NCBI GenBank assembly: GCA_973895155.1
Contig: OZ316896.1
Span: 18,278,754 to 18,342,753, forward strand
Origin: Marsupella aquatica
Lineage: Eukaryota > Plantae > Marchantiophyta
Direction: 5' to 3'
Length of the DNA stretch: 64,000 nucleotides
This document shows, piece after piece, positions 49,953 to 62,460 of this stretch; the stretch's first letter is position 1, and every line of letters begins with the position of its first letter. The notes beneath the pieces are model-generated. The model had not been told where the DNA came from. It saw nothing but the letters and a program-made list of their open reading frames with translations, and searched no databases. The position numbers and the translations under genes were made by a program.

Positions 49953-51403
49953 CTAAAGAAAATCATCAGTTGTAAACAATAGCTCTGAATTCTGAGGAGG
50001 AGTAGTCTGTAAGACATCTTCATGTACCAACTTCATGAGCCTCCCTATCTGGTCTTCTGTTTTGTTACTTCGTAACAATTCAGATAGCAATGTAGTTTTC
50101 ATGGTCATTTGACCCAATAATATCTGATGGGCTTGTTCTGAACACTGACGTTTCTCAACTTGTGATGACGAGAATGCCTCCAACTTGAATTTGTGTGATG
50201 TTTCCAGGCGATCCTTCTTAGCTGCATAAAATCTGGCTTGTCGTCTCTCCTCCATTTTGACATTCTTCCATTTGTCTCTACTTTCCATGAGATCCTTCCC
50301 AAACAGGGCCTTATCTTTACACTTATCTGCATAAGCAGTTGCAAGGTTGTTCTTTGACGTAGCTGTCTTGTCAACTTCATTGCTGCTTTTCTTCTTCCCA
50401 TGTCCATGCTGGTCATTCCCTCCAGGTGCACCTGATTGGTGTTGATTCCCACTTGCAATGTTGGGCAGTGGTGTTTGGTTCGTAGTCTGTTGTGGAGTGG
50501 GACTTTTATAACTTTGCCTTGGAAGAGAATGATTCCTTGGAAGTCGAATTTCTTTTGTGGCAGCTGAAGGAGCCTGTGTATCATTGAGAGGAGTCTCCTC
50601 CTCAATGTGGGTTTTGCCCACATTCCCCAAACCTCGCATAGGCAGGTAGGACTCATCCTCAACTTCTGCTGGAGAATCGGTCATAATGTGAGTGGGTGAC
50701 CCTGGCTCGTCACCATCTTCGTCACTACTAAGCTCCTCTATGTTGACTCCATCGTGACCAGGACTGTCATGGTCCCAATTTGTAACACTTGAACCTGGGA
50801 ACCCTGCATTTACAACTCCATATCCTGCAATGTTGGGTTGTTCACCATATAGAGCATGTATCTGATCAAAATTGGGACACATCTTTTCCAGTTTGCCCTC
50901 GATCGTCATTCCACTTTGGAACTCTTCCTCTGTGAGACCTCCAGTAGAAGTCATGACACTGACTGCTTTACGATACATGTCAACATATCTACTGAATCTT
51001 TTCTATAGATTAGCTCCATCCATTTTGGGGAATCCATCTTCAGCTAGCACAGCTGCCATGCTAGTAAACATGGATTTCTTGGACTGGTATCGTCCTCCTA
51101 ATCGCATCTTTCTTCCAGCCCCATGAACGGCATTGAAATTTTCAGGGATCTCTAAGTAATCAAGGAATTTGGAGTAATCGTCTGCCCTTAGCTTTGATCC
51201 CTTGTCCACTCGAGCTCTCCCTACCTCCACACGACGAACATTGAAAGACGATTGAAGCCTTACTGGAGCAGCTTGAACTCCTACAGGCCTTGGAGGCAGA
51301 AATCCCTTTGTGGTCCACCATTCCTCACAGTGTTTGGTGCCATGGAAAGATCTTTTGCTGCAGGCGCTTCGAATGTGGGATTGCAAATGATTTCATCCTC
51401 CAT
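49953..51403 (-). pseudogene. Transposon accessory protein (Myb/SANT-like DNA-binding type), disrupted
   Basis: FLDYLEIPENFNAVHG...KRFSRYVDMYRKA...STGGLTEEE...KLEKMCPNFDQIHALYG and a charged C-terminus. In-frame TAG at 51003-51005 and a frameshift near 51300. Confidence 0.75.
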
Positions 51404-54400
51404 GGTGTCCAAGCTATGAACTCAACAGTGGAACTCTACAACCAGCACGGTGCTGCTGAATTTTGAATCGCTCCTGAATTGACGACTATGGCGGTAGGCA
51501 GTGAGCGGCAACCTCCCGTTTTGTTGCTGAGTGCTATCTTGGTTACCGGCTGAGCCCGTCAAACGTCTATCTTGGGTCGTCTCAAAATTGTGCTCCAAAG
51601 AATAACTCTGCCCGTCATTGAGTGCCGGCAGCTGTTTTAGGGGCCCACATGTACGCCCGTCAAAAAACATCCCGTCACAAATAATAAGACCCCCTAATGT
51701 CCTTCATGATTTTCACTTGGTAATTTTCAGAGCAGTATTGAGAGGAATGCCCTAGCCAAGAACTGTATAAAATCATCTCATGAAGATTCTCCTCTACATT
51801 TTAGTAACAGCAAAGCTAGGGATTTTATTTGTAATGTTCAGGAGCATTGTGGCCAATAATAACCCCTCAAAACTCAAACCAAAGCTCTTGTTTTGCAGGG
51901 CAATATTGTAGTGTTAATATAACCCACAATGCCCCTGTACATAGGCCTTTATTATATATAACTTGCCCTGAAAGTGAGACTGAAACCCCTCTTTACCAAA
52001 TGTGTCTGAACACCGTAGTATGTAATCCTCTAATAGTCTAATTTTTATGTAGTTTTGGAGGGAAACCTACCTAGCTGTTATTACGGTGACATTTTTTCCT
52101 AGGCATGATATGGAACTGAAATTGTCATTGTGCACCTTTTCTGCACTTAAGTTGTTACTCTCTCCATAGCTTACACTCTCATTGAAGTCCAGTTGCAAGC
52201 TCAACTTGCTGTAGCGTCTAATTGCCTGGTCATCTCACTTACATTTTATAACACTTCCGGTTGACATTACTTATGCTTGACAATATCGTGCAATGCAGGT
52301 GCATTTGGTTACTTTAAATAATAATTCACAATCAAAAGCTACACTATGGAGCCTATAGTCTAGAGTGAAACCTTTAGACTGTGACTCTGGTCAGATCTTG
52401 ACTGTCAAGTTGTTCACGCTAGTAGTGGAAACAAGGTGGCACTAGATTAGCTGAACCAAAAATAGTGCCAAACTACACACTTAGATAAAAAAAGAGCGGC
52501 ATTCTAGAAAATCTCAGATAACAAAAATATCTGAAGACAATGGATTACAAAGTAGAATAAAAAATTGACATTGCTATATGGAAAAACATACTTTTGGCAT
52601 TATTTAATATAACTTTTAATGTAGCTAACAGTATCAAATGGACAAGTTCTCTGAGTATTTGTAGCCCCTATAATTTTTTTTCAAAAATTAGCCAACAATG
52701 CCAATTTTTAAAATACCCCTTTAAGGAAACGGAGTCCTCTATGGCACCCCTTTAAGAGAAATTGGGAGGTCACTATCTTTCCAACACGATGGGTTTTCCA
52801 AATGAAAAAACCCAGCACACTGAGAAATGGAAAAACCTCACAGACTGTATCTTTCATGATAAGACTTAAGGAGAATGAAAGTTTCATGACCCTTCCTTTT
52901 CAATCCTACTTCATCAACCCTGCATGCCACTTACTATTTTTGCAACAATACTCCTAATGGCTGCAATTTGGCTCAGTGTTAACATGCCTTAATTAGTTTG
53001 AGTACCCCTTGGTTATGTAAGTTTGATGTTATTCAATAACTAAGTTAGAACACATGAAGAGTTGCATATTGGAATAGGTTTGAATATGGAGATGAGAGGA
53101 AAAACGAGTAGATTATTCATGGAAGAAGTGCATGCACAACATTCCCTTCATACTCGATCCTATGTCCATAAAGTCCATGCAAAATGCTATAGAAGTCAAA
53201 GGGTTTTTTAATTACATTCTTTTGGTATTCCTTTATCCATGATAGTCAAAAGGTTTCTTATGTTCCCTTGGTGTTCCTTTTTCCATAGTAATGAATGGTT
53301 CATACTCACCAAGGGGAGCACCAAAATTACTCCCTTGTCAAGAAGGACTTGACAGATGTTGTGAAACTATGATCAGAACTAACTCTTCTATCACATTCTG
53401 TCTTCACTTTCAAGCTCCTAAAAGAGCTCTTTTGGGATGAGGTCTCAGACTAGGTAGTCCTAGGTGTCATTTCTCTGTGTCCTCTGCAAAGTCAGAGTCA
53501 TTGCAATACCTTCCCCAACTACAGTCCTGGCCATTTCATTGTTAGAACTATTTCATTGTTACAATCAATATATTATCAGTGTGGCCATTTAGTTGTTGGG
53601 GCCATTTTATTCTTGAGGCCATTGTGTCTTTGGCCAATAAGGTTATTGCAAAAAAGAATCTGGAAAAGGTACTACAGAGAGAGAATAGAATATATATATT
53701 TTTGATCTACTCCCAATAGACTTAATTTTTGTTCACTTTCCTATAAAGAATCCCTTTTAAACTCACAACTTAATTTGTATTGTTCTTACTTTACGTGTGT
53801 GGGGCAATCATGTGTCCAAATGTAATGTGGGGTCTACTTAGATTTTCTTGTGAGATGCACCTATCCATGATAGCCACTTGTCAACTCGCAGTCAATTCCA
53901 AATGACCTTTTTCTGGATGTTAGTGTATGAGTCTAGGTGTGGGTGGAAGCCCATCCCAGCCTCAGGCTAGGACATACTCTTTATTCTTCCTTACACAGAT
54001 CTGATGGGCGGGAAAATTTAAGCTTTAAATCCAAGGGTCATAATGAGTTCCTTCAAAAAGTGTATTTTGTAAGATGAGTACAAAGGACTGATTGTATATT
54101 ATAGTGAGTAGATGAGTAATTGGCCCTATGTTTGTACACAAGTTGAGTGTAGTTTCTCAATTGAACTACTTAGGATTTGAATACAGCTTGAAACTGGCAG
54201 AAGGGCTTGTGGATGTGCTTTGCTCTATGTCACCAGCAATTCTGCTGGAGAAGAATGAGACAACCAGATGGCAACTTTGAGAATGAGACAACTTCAAGAA
54301 TGAGACAACTTTGAGCTCACAGCACTGGCTGGCAGACTCAGCCAGAGTTTCATGAATTAATCTGTGTTGGTGTGAGAATTTAAGGTCACCCATTTTTTTA

Positions 54401-55292
54401 TTTTCCTGATTTTGAATCTGGTCCAATTGACTAACCTGTCCCCCAAAACTTAATTCATCATCAGGCTTGGGAACTTGTTCGAGGGTGAAGGTACAGTTGG
54501 AAGGGGCTAGCTTGGGTGAATTAATCTTGAGCCTCAATGTGTCCACAAACCAATTGTGTGTCATCTCACACTAGTCTAGTCTAGTCAACCAATAGAGGGG
54601 GCAACCTGATGACCTTTCATTTCTCCCTGTTCTTTAAAGTATAACTCTAAGAGAATCTCCAGCAGTTTAAGGGTCAATGATCTCTAATTTACCCCATCAC
54701 TTGGAGGGCCTAAATTAGAAAAGCCCCATATATAGAATTCAAAAACCAGTCTCCACCTTCATTGACCTCTATGCTCTCCAAAGTGATGTGTTGTTATACC
54801 TAGGTGCAAAATCTCAAGCATATCCAGGATCTTGTGACATGTGGTGTATCTCTCACATAGATAGGAATAAAGGCCAGGATAGGGGTCTCTCTCCTGGTTG
54901 CCATCTCCTTCTAACAAATGGGGCAGCAAGGGTTGTGAAAATGGAGGTTGGCTGACATTTAGTAAAGGATAGTGGCCAGAGCCTGCGAAAATGGAGGTTA
55001 ACTATCATTCAGGAAAGGATAGGGGCCCTCCAAAATCAGCCCCTATATGCTCTTTTAGAGTTCTCGTTTGACCCATCGAGATGCTCTAACCCCTCTTCTT
55101 TTATTTTATTGTCTTTTTTATTTTAAAGAAAACTCAAAAGAAAAATAAATCACACCAAAAGGGCCAAACAAAGTACAATGAAGAGCAAACAAAGGGAGTC
55201 CGAAGAGTACAAATTCGAAAGAAGCAAGTGCAACCCTGAGGTAAAAAAGATAATATAAAAGAAAAGGGGAAAATTTGCTTAAACTGCACTAG

Positions 55293-55336
55293 AGGGATGG
55301 ACTAATGAGGGATGGACTAATGAGGGGTGGACTAAT
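55293..55336. repeat. 15-bp tandem repeat x3
   Basis: gaggg(a/g)tggactaat x3. Confidence 0.85.
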
Positions 55337-56054
55337 GTCCACATCTACAGCAAATGTCCCTAGAGCTAATGTATCCTTTTTGCTGCCAAAAGGGCCCCAA
55401 GATCTCCTTTTGTATGGAAGGAACATTTGTTCACGTCTTTGACTTCTTTCGATCCATTCCAAGTGGTCCCACCTATCTACAACACTGAATGCACATTAGC
55501 ACTCCACTGTAGAGTACTACCGTGGATGGACCAGTGAGCTGCAATTGCCTGGTTGGGGGCGCTCGTCACGATCTCGAGCTGGATCGTGCGGTCCCGTGGG
55601 TTTTAAGACAGTCCAGAGAGAATCAGAATGAGTGCTTCCCGTTCGAGGAGAGAGACGGGAGAGGCGGGGAGGGCCACCACCATCTCCACGGAGCTCTGCA
55701 TATGACAGAGTGTGCAGCAGCTCCAGTCCCTACACTGCCACGAGGCCCATGTACATAGAGACAGTCAGTCTTGGTGGGATGGGGATGACCTGCAGCTGCT
55801 GCTACTAGCTGGGATCTGTGGTGAATCTGGCGATGGTGGTGGTGGGAACTTAGCTACGAGTAATCTCATGATGCCTGCTTGATTGGTGGATTCCTGCCTG
55901 CTGGTTGGGTTGGCCTGGACTGACCTCACTGCAGCGGTCTAGCTCCTCGGGGAAAGAAGGGGAGGGGGGGGGGGGGGGGCCGAGATGATATGAAGGGTTA
56001 TTGATGGTGAAATTTCTGAAAGGTGTATAGAATTATTGAATCAAAGTCGGTAAA

Positions 56055-56095
56055 GGACTGGACTGGACTGGACTGGACTGGACTGGACTGGACTG
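56055..56095. repeat. (GGACT)8 microsatellite in the probable 5' leader of the helicase
   Basis: Direct reading. Confidence 0.9.
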
Positions 56096-56437
56096 AGTGA
56101 GAGTGATGAGTCTGGAGATTTTTGAGTGAGGCTATTCTGGTGGGTTGGGCAGTAAAGCAGTAGCAAGTCAGTGAAGTGGATGTGTGGAGGTTTGGTCTCG
56201 GCTGTGCAAAGACGATTCATTTGGTGGGTGGGCGTAGGAGCAAGTTAGTGGAGGCGGTTTTGTTCTCCTCTATTGCAGTGCGAGGAAGATGGACATCTGC
56301 TAGCCATCATGGGTTGGTTCTTGGATTCAGTGATGGAGTAGTTACGGCGGCTGTGTGTCGTCGAGGTTGTGCAATTCAATCTAATCCTTCCGTAGAGGCT
56401 CCTTGGTTTACAGGGGTCACTCCTTTGTTTGGGATTG

Positions 56438-59400
56438 ATGGCTTCCAGCGCATGCTTGCTAGGAGTGTCTTCCTTCCCTACGACAACAGTGTATTCAGTA
56501 GATCATCAAAGTTCCAACGAGCTGAGGCAAATCAACAGTAATAATGCTGATAAGCTTTCGTCGTCTGGATTTCTGGGCCAGTCTCTAACAACGGTGTCTA
56601 CTTCCCGGAGTCTATCCCAAGGTGCGTTTCGTTCCAATCAGCTGTGGAAATTTAGATTGAGTCATGGAGCTCGGTCGTTTCTCCTTCCCATGACCGTTCA
56701 TCCAACAGCACTTCTGGGTATATCGCCCAGTGCTGAGCCAGAAGGTGAGGGTGTGAATGGGCAGAAACCAAGTAAGAAAAAGTGGCGGTCTCGTAGGAAG
56801 AAATTGGTCCGTTCTACAGAGACTACCAGCAGAGCAACAGAGGAAGGTGTGTTCATTCAAGACAAGGAGTCCATTTTAGAGGAGGATTCACTTCTTGTAT
56901 CAGCTAATGGACGATCCTCCGACCCTTCTGGTGCAAGTCGTATCTCGGATGAAGGGAATTCCGAGAAGGTTGAAAAGAAGGATATATCAGCTTTGGGCTT
57001 GGCGCAGTTGTGTTGGCAGAGCGGTGATCCGTTGGGGAAAAGAGTATTAGGGAGAGCTGTAGTGAAGTGGATCTCGACGGGGATGGAGCATTTGGCCGTC
57101 GAAATTGCACAAGCAGAACAGAGGGAGGAATTCGAGGAAATTACAGAGAAAATGAGTCAATCAGGACTAGCCTTTGTGGCATTGGTGCAACCCTACCTCG
57201 CTGAAATCCCTATGCCGCTCCATATGGAAGCTCTTTGCCTAAAAGCCAGCACACACTATCCAACTCTGTTCGACCATTTTCAAAGACAGCTGCAGGAGGC
57301 GTTGCAGGGTTTGCAAAGCGAAGGAGTATTAGAGAATTGGCAGCAGTCTCAAGCCTGGAAGCTTTTGAAGAAACATGCAAAATCAGGTCAGTGTCGTTGA
57401 AGTTCTAGTTTTGTCTCTGAATTTATGTTTTAGAACAGAACCTCTTAGGATAGACACTGAGCTCTGCGATTTTTCTGTTCTACCAACAATTTGAGTTTTA
57501 TTGGAAGTCAAATCCTATTTTTATAATCGTTGAAGTCTTGAAGCTTTGACTATCCTCTATCGGCATTCAAGAAATTGATTTCTGAAGTACTGTTGAAATT
57601 TAAAATATTTTTTCGATACTGTCGGTTTAGAGTTGTTTGTGTGTAAAATTGCTCTTCAATTTTTCTTGAGAATTCACTGATAAATAGGATGCTTTTCATG
57701 GGCTCGGTGAAACTTGTGGGAAAAGGTGTTCCTATGGGATTCACACCAGCGGATGCGAATAAGGCTGATGAAACCCCCCGTCTTTCATACAGATGGGCAC
57801 CGTGTAGTGACAAGGAAGGTCCCAGAGCTGAAGGAAATTCATGATGATTTGGGGCTAACGCGTGAAAAAGTGTCGAGCATACAACAGAGCATTGAGAAGT
57901 TTGTTGCGCATGCCTTTGAGCTTTTGCGAGTGGAAAGGGATGCAGAGCTGGAAGCGACTCAGCACTCCTTAGACTCAGCCCCAAGTGCTTTAAGTGAAGA
58001 GGAACAGCTTCAAGAGCAATTATTGCATGAGGACGATCTCCATCCAGAGTGTTGTGATACTCTCCACAACCTCACTGCCATTAGTTCTTCCACAGGTGGG
58101 CCTTTCTTTCATTTCACTAATTTCCTCATGGCGGCTGAAGAGCCTCTGTGGTTTCACCGATGTTCACTTTTGAGACTTTAAATCTCGTCCCACTGGGATA
58201 GACTCATCGACCTACGAAGTGTAGTTCCTGATATCGTGGAATTGCCAGGTCTGGGAGGAATGCAACTCGTCACTTTGTCTATGAAAAATGGGCACCGTTT
58301 GCCGCCTACGGCCCTATCTCCTGGGGATATGGTTTGTGTCCGGGTGGAGACCAGCAAGGGGGCTGTGGCTACAGAATGCATGCGGGGCTCAGTGTACAGT
58401 CTTGGGGAGGATGGGAGCAGCATTGCCGTGGCGGTTGAAGCCCGATATGGAGACCCGACATTTTCTCGGCTTTTTGGGAGGTCCTTACGGCTCGACCGTA
58501 TCAGCGAACTTGCAGATGCTACGACTTATCAGGTGCGGTACACTTCTTTCAAGCAGCATGTATGCAGTCATTGGAACTCTTGGACCCAGAGAGGAGAACA
58601 GAAGATAGTCATAAGAATGGCTCATAATGGGGATTAAAGTGCCTGTGTTAATGAATGTGAAATTCAGCGTTAGGAGCTCGAATTGCAGACTCACTTTATC
58701 TGCAACTAACGATTATCTTTTGCTAGATTTATATTGAGATATACCCAAGGTTCTTCTGCACTGCAAGTTGAATCTAAAATCTTAAGCTTACTTTGGAATA
58801 TCTTCTGGACGGATGTTTGTCATAGATGAGGTTCTCTTTCTCGCTGGTGCTCGATTCCAATTGTGGTGAAAGAAAGGAATTATTTACACTCTCATCGGTG
58901 AAGTGTTAAGTTCAAGATTATCAGTTATGTTGTGCCTCACGGTGTGTCTTTTCGTTCTTTTTCTTCAGCGTGATTGCCAAGCACTCGAAAGACTTCAAAA
59001 GCATGGCTTGCACAAGAAATGCCCATCATCTTCCGTTGTTGCCACATTATTCGGCGAAGGCCCAGAGATAAGCTGGTTAGCACAGAATGGTCCTCCATCC
59101 GTCAGCTCCGTAGAAGGCTGCGGCACCTCCGAAGGATTTTCACTGGATTCTTCCCCAAAGACTAAGCCTGACAAGGAGTTCGACGAGTCACAGTGCACAG
59201 CCATTGATTTTGGATTGTGTCAGCACAGACCTGTCGTGGTTATTCAAGGCCCGCCCGGGACAGGTAAAAATTCAAAAGAATTTCCTTCATCTTTGCGGTG
59301 TCAATGATTCCAATCTATATCGTTTGGAAACTTTGAGGTATACGAATAAGTGTAATTGCTAGAAAGCATCCGAGTTCTGAAGAAGTGACTTCCTTTGAGG

Positions 59401-61783
59401 CATTGGCTGTTGCAAATGTCTATTTCTCTTTGCTCTTGGTTGTAGTTGATTGTGGGACTTCTGGACAAACATGCGCCATATGAAGATCCCCTCTTGTGAT
59501 GAATTGTCGCAATTTCTCGGCTACTGGAGATTCATTCGGATCATGTCCAAAGTGCTCTGGGATGTGATGACAAAATGTTTTACTACTGACCAGTCTCGAC
59601 TTAAGTAAATTGGATACAGCTTGGAATTCATTCGATGCTATGTTTTGCAGGAAAAACCAAAGTAGTTGTGGAGATCATCAGGAAAGTGGTGATTAGGGGA
59701 GAGAAGGTATTAGCGACAGCGCCCACAAATGCAGCGGTCGATAATCTGGTTGAAAGGCTAGCTCTAGCGGGGGTCAATGTGGTAAGGGTTGGTAATCCTG
59801 CTCGGGTAGCTCCAGCTGTTGTGAAAAAATCCTTGAGTCACATAGTGGAGTCGAAGCTGGAGAAATTCCGGAGAGATCTTGCCAGGAGGCGCGCTGACTT
59901 GAGGAATGATTTGCGCCAGTGCTTGGGGGATGAGTCCATGGAAGCTGGCCTCAGGCAGATGCTGAAACAGCTGGGAAGAACTCTGAAAAACAAGGAAAAG
60001 GAATTGGTTGAGGAAACCATCAAGCAGGCCGATGTGGTTTTGTGCACCAACACCGGAGCTGGTGATAATCTCGTTCGCCAGGTGGGTCCGTTTGGCTTGG
60101 TAGTGATTGATGAGGCTGGTCAGGCCATTGAACCTTCCTGCTGGATACCTCTTCTCCAGGGTAGGCGAGCAATTCTTGCTGGGGACACTTGTCAGCTGGC
60201 ACCGACCATTCTTTCTAGGGAAGCAATGGAAGGAGGGCTAGGAGTTTCCCTCATGGAGAGAGCTTCTGGGCTGCACGGCGGGATTCTGAGCACCATGCTG
60301 CAGACTCAGTACCGAATGCATGATGTCATAGCAAATTGGTCCTCCAATGAAATGTACGGGGGCAAGTTGGTATCTTCTCCTTCAGTGGCTTCGCGACTTC
60401 TGGCTGACGATCCTGAAGTGCAGGTACTGCAAATCATCTCTGCCCTCGAGGTCTGATTTCCCAAGTTGTGTGGCAAATTTGATTATTTTACATTTTATGT
60501 GTTGTCTGTTCAGTAACAAATTTAGGCGGAAACGGATTTCCTTTTGCAGGCCACTTGGATAACGCAGGTGCCTCTACTGCTACTGGATACGCGGTTGGCG
60601 CATGGAAGTCTAATTGCAGGCTGTGAGGAGCAGATGGACCCTGCAGGAACTGGCTCTTTCTACAACGAGGGCGAAGCTGATATTGTGGTGGAACACGTTA
60701 GGGTTCTTCTCGCTGCAGGTACTGGATGAGCATTCGTCGACAATTACTTCATCAGACTTTCCCTATCTTTCCTGTTCTGTTTTAACTTTTATAAATAGAA
60801 TGCTGACAACTGTCCGATTGTTTTCTTTCGGATCCTTCTACACGCAGGTGTAGCAGCTGAATCTATTGCAGTTCAATCGCCATATGTGGCCCAGGTGCAG
60901 CTACTGCGAGATCGAGTCGATGAGATTCCCGGCGCACAAAATGTGCAGGTTGCTAGTGTAGACAGCTTCCAAGGTCGTGAGGCTGATGCAGTCATTATAT
61001 CCATGGTACGTATTTTCGCCTTTCATAGACCCCCGTACTTAAAATTGGTGGAGTATGAACCCAAATGAGCTCTTGACCTTTACCTTCCTTGTTTCCTTCC
61101 AAAGTTTAAGACCGTTTCCGCTCATTGATGTTCAAATTGCGCTCGATTCTCAAGCAACCTGAGGCAGGTTCAGTGCCTTCGGTTCACCTGTGCGTTAGAA
61201 TATACATAGCCCACACTACTTATCAACCTCAACACTAAATAATACAACGGGTATACGACGTAACTATTAAGAAGTGAGAAATACTTGGTTGGATAAGAGT
61301 TCTCATTAATTGGAAAGTTTGTGTTAATACACGAAGGTTCCAAGACAAAAACTGTAAGGACGTGTTGTATGTGAGACAACGACCAACAAATAGTTGGATA
61401 AGTGTTGTATCAATTGAAATTGATTTGAGGAACGCGAAGATTTGTGGGGGCCAATCATCGTGAGTGGGACGCTACAGTAACGGCAATCTGTTTTGTGGTT
61501 TTTCTGATTTCACTTCGAATGCTGTGTGTTTTGACTACAGGTAAGGTCCAACAGGTTGGGGGTGGTAGGCTTCCTGGGTGACAACAGACGTATGAATGTG
61601 GCAATCACTCGTTCTCGCAAACACGTATCTGTTGTCTGTGACAGCACAACAGTTGGGAGAAATCCCTTCTTGCGAAGGCTCCTCCAGTACATACGGCAAC
61701 ATGGAGAGGTCCGCTGTGCATTTGAAGGATGGTCGATATCCGGCCTACTGAAGAGCCGCCTGCCAACCTCAGGCTCTTCATGA
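56438..61783 (+). CDS. SF1 Upf1-like helicase, SMUBP-2/IGHMBP2-like, plant organelle-targeted type (multi-exon)
   Basis: [48 protein letters not shown], Walker A QGPPGTG|KT split by an intron, [57 protein letters not shown]. Confidence 0.93.
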
Positions 61784-62142
61784 CGACACGTCTTCTGCGT
61801 TGTTAGCGGAGGAGGTGGCTCTGCTGCAACCCTGAGAAATATTAATTTATTAGAGATTGTACTTTCCGATAATTCGAATCGGAGAAATTTGGCATTCTCG
61901 AATCTTTGATGAGCCTGCGCTACAACAAGTAACCACGTAAAGAGAAGGAAGTCAAAGTCAGGCATGAGTCGCTGGCTTGTGGAGGAGAGACGTCCTTCTC
62001 TCTTGATGGCTTATCCCCTACCAAACAAGTCACTCCTTCCAGGGAGTGTAATGTATTTTAGTCTGTATCCTTAGAGGGATGCATGTGGTGCAAACTTCCT
62101 GCTCCTACGTTCAAGATTCATGTTTCCATTGGCCAGGCATTA

Positions 62143-62460
62143 CTAGAGAAGGCACCATTGGAGCAATGTAAAGTAATGGCCTAGTGTCACCAGTGAATAA
62201 AATATTATGTGCACATTCCTGGCTTTCTCAATTTTGAAGCTGCTGTACTCTGTGTTTGTCCATAATGGGTATGAAGGGTTACCCCAGATGGGAGCTCTTT
62301 TTCCTTTGCCAGTTGAGGTCAATTCATCTTGGGAGGAGAGAATTCTTACACTCGGGTTCTGCACCGGTTTCATGTGCTTGATTCTACTTTGTTGGGGAGA
62401 TCTGCAACCTTCGAAGCTACCAAAGTCTAGGTGTTGCCAAACTCTAAATTCGGCCAAGGG
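62143..62460 (-). mobile_element. Possible degraded non-LTR retrotransposon fragment
   Basis: Only a weak resemblance (PIWGNP motif) to the region downstream of the RT domain in L1-type ORF2. No RT core is seen. Confidence 0.15.

Larger units (their letters stand above)
48635..51695. mobile_element. Decayed PIF/Harbinger-like (PHIS) DNA transposon, 3061 bp, with two convergent genes
   Basis: TIRs AGGGGGTCT(C/T)ATTATTTGTGA(T/C)GGG at both ends. 3-bp TSD AAT at 48632-48634 and 51696-51698. Contains a DDE transposase on + and an accessory gene on -. Confidence 0.92.
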
